Source: Telmatocola sphagniphila (GTDB taxonomy: Bacteria > Planctomycetota > Planctomycetia > Gemmatales > Gemmataceae). From it: DNA of 32,000 bases. The notes beneath the pieces were generated by a model. The model was not told the DNA's origin, did not search any database, and saw nothing but the letters and a program-made list of their open reading frames with translations. Of this stretch, positions 25,054 through 32,000 are shown one piece after another. Where the stretch lies: contig NZ_CP074694.1 in the NCBI RefSeq assembly GCF_018398935.1, forward strand, positions 4,620,001 to 4,652,000, in the 5' to 3' direction. Each line of letters starts with the position of its first letter. Position 1 is the first letter of the stretch. Position numbers and translations under genes: made by a program.

Positions 25054-26253
25054 ATGTCAGTTATCGGGAGATACGAGATGTACGCGATCGCAACCTGTTT
25101 GATATTCAGCTTTTGCACATTTTACACAACGGCCAATGGTAGCGATCAGGCGGCGCAACTCGTTAAGCAGCTGGGAGATTCGTCATTTCGCAAGCGGGAG
25201 CAGGCCGAGTCGGAGTTGTTGAATCTGGGGTCCGAAGCACTCCCGGCAATTCAAGCCGGAATCAACAGTCCCGATAAAGAAATCAGCGAACGCTGCAAAA
25301 AACTGCTGCCTCTGGTTCGCGGCGCGGATTTCAACAAAAAAGTTCGGGAATTTCTGGCCGACACCGAGGGAAAGAAAAATATCGTGCTTCCCGGCTGGAA
25401 GCGTTTTCAGGAAATCGCCGGTAAGGAACCGGGAGCGCGGGCTTTTTTCAGCGACATCGTGCTTAAGCATGCCGAGCAATTGAAATTATTGGAAAGCAAT
25501 CCGCAGGAAGCTGCCCGAATTTACTTTCAATTGATCAGCCGGATCAACAAATTCGATTTTCGGGCCGGCGGATTATCGGCCCCGTTGAAAGTGCATCCGA
25601 ATCCGCCGAGCATTTACGAATTGGCACTCCTGATGCTTTTGGACAGCGATCCAAAAATTCGCGATATCACCTATACGCGGGGCGACGATCCGGAATATCG
25701 GCTCGGCTATCTTTTCAGCCGGCCTTATGCGGAAGAGTACTTTTCGAAGAATGAAAATTCTCCACTATTTCGCAAGCTTTTCGCCTACTGGTTCGACAAA
25801 ACCCTCGAACACACTCAAACCAACGGACAGGATAAAACCGGCTTCGAGGATATTGTGGAAGCCTGCTGGCTGCACGATTTGAAGGAGGCCGTGCCGCAGC
25901 TGAAAAAGCTGCTCGCCAAAACCGATCCGGATGCGGATGAACTGGCCGGGGCACTTCAGGCTTTCTCCAAGTACGGCACCGAGAAAGACCTGGAGTTGTT
26001 GAAGCCTCTCTTGAAAAATGAAAGTGTCTGCGCGAGCATCGATGTCCCCAAGGAAGGACATTATGAAATTCAAGTTCGGGATGTGGCTTTGGGGGTCTCG
26101 ATCTACCTGAGCAAGCGAAACCCCAAGGATTTTGCCTATAAACGTCTGCCGGAGAAGCCGTCCGACCTGACGCCATTAACATTTGGATTTCGCAATCCGG
26201 ACGACCGGGCTGTGAGTTTCAAGAAATGGCAGGAGTTTGTCGGGAAGAAGTAG
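25054..26253 (+). CDS. secreted hypothetical protein with a HEAT/ARM-like N-terminal motif common in planctomycetes
   Basis: 399-aa ORF with a hydrophobic N-terminus (YAIATCLIFSFCTFYTTANG), followed by QLGDSSFRKREQAESELLNLGSEALPAIQAGINSPDKEISERCKKLL. An alternative start at 25078 is preceded by GGGAGA. Confidence 0.6.
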   Translation: MSVIGRYEMYAIATCLIFSFCTFYTTANGSDQAAQLVKQLGDSSFRKREQAESELLNLGSEALPAIQAGINSPDKEISERCKKLLPLVRGADFNKKVREFLADTEGKKNIVLPGWKRFQEIAGKEPGARAFFSDIVLKHAEQLKLLESNPQEAARIYFQLISRINKFDFRAGGLSAPLKVHPNPPSIYELALLMLLDSDPKIRDITYTRGDDPEYRLGYLFSRPYAEEYFSKNENSPLFRKLFAYWFDKTLEHTQTNGQDKTGFEDIVEACWLHDLKEAVPQLKKLLAKTDPDADELAGALQAFSKYGTEKDLELLKPLLKNESVCASIDVPKEGHYEIQVRDVALGVSIYLSKRNPKDFAYKRLPEKPSDLTPLTFGFRNPDDRAVSFKKWQEFVGKK

Positions 26254-26373
26254 AATTTTTGAAGTTCCGCAGGCTTTCAAAGACGTATCCGATTAGCGAC
26301 GCCCTGGAAGAAGCGCTCTACCTCGATCACGTCCGCAAAGCAATGTAACATCTGTTTTGCAAAGCAATCCCGT

Positions 26374-26423
26374 GAATAACGCATCTACTGATGTGTTATT
26401 CAGCGGGCACGCCCTCATTTTTT
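26374..26423 (+). other. 12-bp hairpin plus downstream T6 run in the 294-nt intergenic region (weak terminator candidate)
   Basis: GAATAACGCATC (26374-26385), loop TACT, then GATGTGTTATTC (26390-26401) gives 11 Watson-Crick pairs plus one G-U. A short GGG/CCC hairpin and TTTTTT (26418-26423) follow. The T-run is not adjacent to the long stem. Confidence 0.25.
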
Positions 26424-26547
26424 GCTCATAATTTGGTGCTGGCCCTACTCAAATTATTTGTACGCCGCGGCGGTACGTTCTCCACTTTAATGGGTTAATT
26501 TGAAGTAGGCTGCATTAGCCCGCAATAAATGCTTTCGAGTCGATCCC

Positions 26548-28230
26548 ATGAACACACGAAAAATACTCTCCGGCTTGGCTTTCGGCTTACTCCTGGGCGG
26601 CGTTCTCTGGTGCTCCACGACCGTGGACGCCCAGGACCCCAAACAGGACAAGAAAGCCAAGAAGGCCAATAACAAAAAAGCCAATGTTGAAGCCCGGGAA
26701 CTCACCCCCAAGGCCGATGCGGCCATGATCACTGTCTCGGCAAACCCTTCCGATGTTGCCGTTTTTGCCGGTAAAATCGACTCAATTATCGACTCCAAAA
26801 TGCGGGAAAAGAGTCTGACGGCCTCTCCCACTTGCTCCGACGAGGACTTTATCCGCCGGGTTTCGCTGGATATTACCGGCGTCATCCCAACCGCCGATCG
26901 AGTTCGCCAGTTTGTGGATGCCAAAGAAACCGATAAGCGTTCTCAGTTAATCAATGAACTGCTGGAAAGTCCCAAGTTCGGCACCCATCAATCAGATGTC
27001 TGGCAAGCTCTGCTTTATCCTCGCGAGAGCGACAACCGGTTCGTCCCCAAAGAGTCTCTGGTGGATTGGTTGAAGACCACCTTCAACGAGAATAAGCCTT
27101 GGAATAAAGCTGTTTACGACCTGTTGACCGTGAGCGGAAATACAGAAGAACATAAGGAGGCCGTCTACTTCCTGGCCAACCGCACCGTGGACAAGATGAC
27201 CGATAATGTCTCCAAGGTGTTTATGGGTCTGCAGATTCAGTGTGCCCAGTGCCACGATCACCCGTTCGCCGATTGGACCCAGAAAGATTACTGGGGCCTC
27301 GCTCAATTCTTCATGAGGGTGCAGACCGGCAATCCGCAGATGGCGGCCAAGAACGGTAACCCGGTCAATGTGAATGAAGTTTCGGTAGTTCGCCGCAACG
27401 ATAAGGTGAATCCCTTGCCCGATTCCGCCAAGATGGTGGCTCCGAAGTTTCTAGGTGGCAAGGAACTGAAAATCTCGGCCAACGATCCGGGCCGACCGTA
27501 TCTGGCCCGCTGGCTCACCTCCCCTGAGAATCCCTACTTCTCCAAGGCTATGGTGAACCGACTTTGGTTGGAATTTTTCGGGCGGGGCATTGTCAATCCC
27601 GTCGATAATCTCGATGAACAGGACAAATCGACGCATCCCGAACTGTTGGATATCGTCGCCAAGGAATTCACGGCCAGCGGCTACGACATCAAGCACATGG
27701 TTCGGATCCTTTGCAACACCCAGGCTTACCAGCGCAGCAGCAAGCCGACGGACAACAACACTAAAGATCGCGATTACTACAGCCACAGGGCCATGAAGGT
27801 CATGATGCCCGAACAGCTTTTCGATTCCCTGGCTCAGATAGTCGATTTGAAGAACGAACGAGTGGCGGGCAAGGGGGCCGCGATGAAACCGGTGAACGCC
27901 AACACGCTTCGCGATAATTATGTGCTGTTCTTCAACGGCTCGGATTCGATGAAGCCGGTGGATTACGAAGCGGGCATTCCCCAGGCCCTGCGACTGATGA
28001 ACAACAACCGCCTGAATCCCCGCTCCGTTGCCGACCGAATCGCCAAGGCTTCCAGCACTGTCGAACAGGGCATCGAACAGCTTTATATGACCACGTACGC
28101 CCGGAAGCCGACGGCGGCCGAAGAGAAAAAGATGAAGGAATTCATTGCGAAAACCGCCAGCCGCACCGAAGCGTTTTCCGACATCCTCTGGGTTTTGATG
28201 AACTCCAGCGAGTTCACCTTTATTCGCTAA
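26548..28230 (+). CDS. DUF1549 (PSCyt2) / DUF1553 (PSD1) domain protein, secreted
   Basis: A signal peptide is present (LSGLAFGLLLGGVLWCSTTVDA). The DUF1549 signature is FIRRVSLDITGVIPTADRVRQF. A CxxCH-DH motif CAQCHDHPF lies at 27241-27255, and the C-terminus is the typical VLMNSSEFTFIR. Confidence 0.85.
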   Translation: MNTRKILSGLAFGLLLGGVLWCSTTVDAQDPKQDKKAKKANNKKANVEARELTPKADAAMITVSANPSDVAVFAGKIDSIIDSKMREKSLTASPTCSDEDFIRRVSLDITGVIPTADRVRQFVDAKETDKRSQLINELLESPKFGTHQSDVWQALLYPRESDNRFVPKESLVDWLKTTFNENKPWNKAVYDLLTVSGNTEEHKEAVYFLANRTVDKMTDNVSKVFMGLQIQCAQCHDHPFADWTQKDYWGLAQFFMRVQTGNPQMAAKNGNPVNVNEVSVVRRNDKVNPLPDSAKMVAPKFLGGKELKISANDPGRPYLARWLTSPENPYFSKAMVNRLWLEFFGRGIVNPVDNLDEQDKSTHPELLDIVAKEFTASGYDIKHMVRILCNTQAYQRSSKPTDNNTKDRDYYSHRAMKVMMPEQLFDSLAQIVDLKNERVAGKGAAMKPVNANTLRDNYVLFFNGSDSMKPVDYEAGIPQALRLMNNNRLNPRSVADRIAKASSTVEQGIEQLYMTTYARKPTAAEEKKMKEFIAKTASRTEAFSDILWVLMNSSEFTFIR

Positions 28231-28279
28231 ATACAACCGGTTTTTAACCGCTTACCGCACAACAGTAACGAGGCCAACT

Positions 28280-29569
28280 ATGTTTCCTCTCAATTATCTG
28301 AACGACAAATCGCGACGCGATTTTCTGAAATTGACCTCGGCCGGTGTCTTCGGGGCATCGCTCTCGGGCTGGATGAATGTCCTGGCCGCCCGAGCCGACG
28401 AGTCCAAGCCGACTAAGGGCAAAGCCAAATCCTGCATTCTGCTTTGGATGGACGGCGGGCCGAGCCACAAGGACACATTCGATTTGAAACCGGGCAGCAA
28501 GGGAGCGGGCGATTTCAAACCGATCAAGACTTCCGCGAGCGGCATCGAAATCTCGGAGCATTTTCCGAAACTGGCGCAGTGGATGAATAAGGCCGCGCTG
28601 GTTCGCGGTATGAGCACGCCGGAAGGAGCCCACCCGCGAGCCAAATTCAATCTGCACACCGGCTATCGCGAAGGACAGGGAGGCGTCGATTATCCCAGTA
28701 TCGGGGCCATCGCTTCGATGGAACTGGCCAAGAAAGAATTCCCGTTGCCGAACTACGTTGCGATTGGCGGCCGGAGTTTCGGCTCCGGTTTCCTCGGGCC
28801 GAAATATGCTCCCCTGATCGTCGGCAATCCCGATAAAGGGGTGGAAGATCTGAAATCGATGGTATCCACAACGCAATTTGATCGCCGCGTCGGGTTGCTG
28901 GAAGAAATGGAACAATCGTTCTTCGGCAATTATCAGGCAGACAACATCATCGATCACTCGGTGAATTACCACCGGGCCGTCGAGATGATGAAATCGAAGG
29001 AAGCCAAAGCCTTCGATCTCTCCAAGGAATCCTCGACGGTTCGCTCCGCATATGGTTCCGGCACTTTTAACGATGGCTGCCTGATGGCCCGCCGTCTGGT
29101 GGAAATCGGTGTGCCGTTCATCGAGGTGACTTTAGGCGGATGGGACACTCACCAGGACAACTTCGACAAAGTCAAAAATCTCTCGGGCCGGGTCGATCAG
29201 GCCGTGTCGGCCCTGCTGAAGGATCTCACGGAACGGAGACTTCTCGATAGCACGCTGGTGATCTGGATGGGCGAATTCGGTCGTACGCCGGCGATTAACA
29301 CGCGCGGCGCCAAACCGGGTCGAGACCATTATCCGAAAGCCTGGAGCCTGATGATGGCGGGCGGCGGAGTGCCCGGCGGTCAAGTGATAGGGCGCACCGA
29401 CAAAGAAGGGGCTATAGTTGAGGAAGGAAAGACTTCCGCCGTCGATTTTCTGTCGACCGTCTGCACGCTGATGGGAATCAACTACAAGAAAGACAACACG
29501 ACCCCGAATGGCCGACCCGTTCGCGTGGTGGATAAAGCGGCGGTGCCGATCAAGCAGATCGTCGGGTAG
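28280..29569 (+). CDS. DUF1501 domain protein (sulfatase/alkaline-phosphatase-like fold) with a twin-arginine signal
   Basis: The Tat-like N-terminus is KSRRDFLKLTSAGVFGASL. The sequences ILLWMDGGPSHKDTFDLKP and WDTHQDNF / GEFGRTP are typical of DUF1501. It sits in the usual downstream-partner position for a DUF1549/1553 gene. Confidence 0.85.
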   Translation: MFPLNYLNDKSRRDFLKLTSAGVFGASLSGWMNVLAARADESKPTKGKAKSCILLWMDGGPSHKDTFDLKPGSKGAGDFKPIKTSASGIEISEHFPKLAQWMNKAALVRGMSTPEGAHPRAKFNLHTGYREGQGGVDYPSIGAIASMELAKKEFPLPNYVAIGGRSFGSGFLGPKYAPLIVGNPDKGVEDLKSMVSTTQFDRRVGLLEEMEQSFFGNYQADNIIDHSVNYHRAVEMMKSKEAKAFDLSKESSTVRSAYGSGTFNDGCLMARRLVEIGVPFIEVTLGGWDTHQDNFDKVKNLSGRVDQAVSALLKDLTERRLLDSTLVIWMGEFGRTPAINTRGAKPGRDHYPKAWSLMMAGGGVPGGQVIGRTDKEGAIVEEGKTSAVDFLSTVCTLMGINYKKDNTTPNGRPVRVVDKAAVPIKQIVG

Positions 29570-29622
29570 TGCCCTCGACGGTTTGCCACAAGCACAGCTT
29601 CTGAATTTTGAGGTTTCGAACC

Positions 29623-32000
29623 ATGCGATTCGAACTGCGATTAACGGCCTTTATGACTGCCCTTTTGCTGGCAGGTTGGGTGATCGCGCAGGAGCCGCGC
29701 GATCCCGGGCCGATCTTCAGGAAAATCGACAGTAATTCCGACGGCAAACTTTCGCTGGACGAATTTCGCAAACTGGTCGAAAACAACCCTCGTGTCAAAG
29801 ACAATCCCGCTCTGGCAAAACAGATCTTCGATCGCCTCGATACCAATAAAGATGGTTATCTGTCGCTCGAAGAATTCAGCAAAGCCCCATTCCTGCAAGG
29901 AAACGCCAAGGGACAGTCTAAAAAAGGCGTTAAGCAGGAGTCCTCGACCAAAGCCAGCGACACCCCGCCCTCCGCGGAACAAGTCGCTTTCTTCGAGAAG
30001 AAAATTCGGCCGGTGTTGATTGCCGAGTGCTATTCCTGCCATGCGGCGGACGCCAAGAAAATCAAAGGCGGCTTGCTGCTCGATACTCGCGAAGCTACCC
30101 GCAAGGGCGGCGATACCGGCCCGGCCGTGGTTCCAGGCGATTTGAATAAAAGCCTGCTGATCAAAGCCATTCGCTATAACGATGAGCATTTGCAAATGCC
30201 GCCCAAAAACAAGCTCTCTCCCGATGTGGTCCAGGATTTTGAAACCTGGGTGAAAATGGGAGCGCCCGATCCGCGCGATGGGGGAGCGAAAGCTGCCCGA
30301 ACGGAAATCGACATCGAAAAAGGCCGGCAGTTCTGGTCCTTCCAGCCGCCGAAAAAATCAGCGGCTCCCCAGGTCAAGGATTCGCAATGGGCGAAAGAGG
30401 ATTTAGATCGGTTCGTACTGGCCGGGCTGGAAGCCAAGGGGCTGAAGCCGGTGGCGGATGCCGAACCGGCCACGCTGTTTCGCCGCTTGCATCTGGATCT
30501 AACCGGGTTGCCGCCCGCGCCGGAGCAGGTGAACGCATTCCTGGAGGCTTATGCGTCGAAACCGCAGGCCACGCTGGAAAAGACGGTCGATGAGCTGTTG
30601 AACTCCCGGCACTTCGGGGAACGTTGGGCCCGGCACTGGCTGGATGTCGCCCGATACGCCGAATCGACCGGCAAATCGGTGAATATCAACTATCCCTTCG
30701 CCTGGCGCTATCGGGATTATGTGATCGAGGCTTTCAACGCCGACAAGCCGTACGATCAGTTCATTCGCGAGCAGATCGCGGGCGATCTCCTTCCCGCGAC
30801 CGACGAGAAAGACAAAGCCCGCAAGACCGTGGCCACCGGGTTTCTGGCCCTTGGCACCAAAACGCTGAATGAAAGGAACCGCCTGCAATTCGAACTCGAT
30901 GTCGTCGACGAGCAGATTGACGTCGTGACGCAGACTTTCCTCGGAATTACCGCGGCCTGTGCCCGCTGCCACGATCACAAATTCGATCCCATTCCCAGCA
31001 AGGACTACTACGCTCTGGCGGGGATTTTCCGCAGCACGGAAACCTGCTACGGAACTGTCACACTCATTCAGGCCCGTTATCCGTCTGCCTTGATTCAACT
31101 CCCCGCGAGTGTCGATCTTCCCTCCGGTTTGCCGCCGTTGAGCAAAAGCGAACGAGAGACTATAGAGAAGCAAATCAAGGATTTTCGGGCCGATCTCGGC
31201 AAGGGCCCGCTCGAGCCGGCCACTCTCCGGGCTCGAACGCAAATCGCGCTACTGGAAGCGAAGCTGGCGATGTATGAAAAGGACGGGACACCCAAGAAGC
31301 AGGCCATGGGCGTTCGCGAAAAATTCCGAACGGTGGACAGCCCGGTTTATAGTCGCGGTGAACCGGAACATCCGGCGGAAGTCGTCCATCGGGGCGTGCT
31401 ACAAGTTGTCAGCAAAAGTATGCCGACCATTCAAAAAGGAAGCGGCCGTAAAGAATTGGCCGATTGGATCGCTTCCTCCGATAATCCGCTGACGGCCCGC
31501 GTCTATGTCAATCGCATCTGGCTGCATCTCTTCGGACGCGGCCTCGTCACCACCTCCGATAATTTTGGGGCTACCGGTCAGGCGCCGAGTAATCCGGAAT
31601 TGCTCGATTACCTGGCCCTGCGCTTCATTAAGGAAGGCTGGAGCACCAAGAAGCTGATCCGCGAACTGGTGTTGAGCCATACTTATCAACTGTCCAGCAA
31701 GTTCGACGCGAAAAATTACGACCTCGATCCCGATAACGTGCTGCTCTGGCGGATGACGCCGGCCCGGCTCGATGCCGAAGTACTCCGGGATGCGATGCTG
31801 ACGGCCAGCGGTTTAATCCAACTGGCACCACCGCAGGACTCTCCTACGGCCCGCGCCGGGGAAGGTTTCGCCATCGCTCGGAGACCGGGAATTTTGGGAG
31901 TGCAGGGACAGAACGATTCCCACCGTTCGATTTATCTGCCGATCATTCGCGACAATTTGCCGGAGCCCTTAGCACTGTTCGATGCCGCGGATGCGAGCAT
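29623..32000 (+). CDS. EF-hand pair + planctomycete cytochrome-c (CxxCH, PSCyt1-like) + DUF1549 + DUF1553 protein, 3' end beyond the window
   Basis: Manual translation from the ATG at 29623 is open to the window end (792 codons; 30001-32000 checked by hand). Features found: signal peptide; DSNSDGKLSLDE (29728-29763); DTNKDGYLSLEE (29839-29874); CYSCH (30028-30042); RRLHLDLTGLPPAPEQVNAF; CARCHDHKFDPI; NRIWLHLFGRGLV. Confidence 0.85.
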   Translation, partial: MRFELRLTAFMTALLLAGWVIAQEPRDPGPIFRKIDSNSDGKLSLDEFRKLVENNPRVKDNPALAKQIFDRLDTNKDGYLSLEEFSKAPFLQGNAKGQSKKGVKQESSTKASDTPPSAEQVAFFEKKIRPVLIAECYSCHAADAKKIKGGLLLDTREATRKGGDTGPAVVPGDLNKSLLIKAIRYNDEHLQMPPKNKLSPDVVQDFETWVKMGAPDPRDGGAKAARTEIDIEKGRQFWSFQPPKKSAAPQVKDSQWAKEDLDRFVLAGLEAKGLKPVADAEPATLFRRLHLDLTGLPPAPEQVNAFLEAYASKPQATLEKTVDELLNSRHFGERWARHWLDVARYAESTGKSVNINYPFAWRYRDYVIEAFNADKPYDQFIREQIAGDLLPATDEKDKARKTVATGFLALGTKTLNERNRLQFELDVVDEQIDVVTQTFLGITAACARCHDHKFDPIPSKDYYALAGIFRSTETCYGTVTLIQARYPSALIQLPASVDLPSGLPPLSKSERETIEKQIKDFRADLGKGPLEPATLRARTQIALLEAKLAMYEKDGTPKKQAMGVREKFRTVDSPVYSRGEPEHPAEVVHRGVLQVVSKSMPTIQKGSGRKELADWIASSDNPLTARVYVNRIWLHLFGRGLVTTSDNFGATGQAPSNPELLDYLALRFIKEGWSTKKLIRELVLSHTYQLSSKFDAKNYDLDPDNVLLWRMTPARLDAEVLRDAMLTASGLIQLAPPQDSPTARAGEGFAIARRPGILGVQGQNDSHRSIYLPIIRDNLPEPLALFDAADAS

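Overview
This window looks like a chromosomal segment from a Planctomycetota genome, possibly Gemmatales-like. That guess rests only on gene content: DUF1549/DUF1553/DUF1501 genes, a planctomycete cytochrome-c motif, and a Gemmata-type hypothetical family. About 13 kb (11.5-25 kb, minus strand) is the conserved S10-spc ribosomal protein cluster running into secY-adk-map. Gene order is rpsJ, rplD, rplW, rplB, rpsS, rplV, rpsC, rplP, rpmC, rpsQ, rplN, rplE, rpsN, rpsH, rplF, rplR, rpsE, rplO, secY, adk, map. rplC (L3), rplX (L24) and rpmD (L30) are absent from their usual slots, and the cluster ends in a CinA-like/NMN-adenylyltransferase-like fusion gene. The left third carries accessory genes: a truncated hypothetical, a PQQ-type sugar dehydrogenase, a YciE/DUF892 ferritin-like protein, a YihY/BrkB membrane protein, a 1343-aa AsmA/TamB-like protein and an HSL-family esterase. 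The right end carries a secreted HEAT-like protein, a DUF1549/DUF1553 gene, a DUF1501 gene, and an EF-hand/CxxCH/DUF1549/DUF1553 gene that runs off the window. I found no tRNA, rRNA, CRISPR, transposase, integrase or recognisable defence system. The least explained signal is two non-coding tandem arrays, at 870-1650 (2.9 units of 270 bp) and 10430-11515 (3.9 units of 280 bp). They belong to one modular repeat family: a perfect 25-nt palindrome plus long-range inverted repeats around a CTGCGGTTAA-type core. Each array abuts the 3' end of a minus-strand gene. I cannot tell from sequence alone whether they are structured RNAs, protein-binding arrays or satellite/MITE-like DNA. All protein family calls come from motif recognition by eye, not from database searches.
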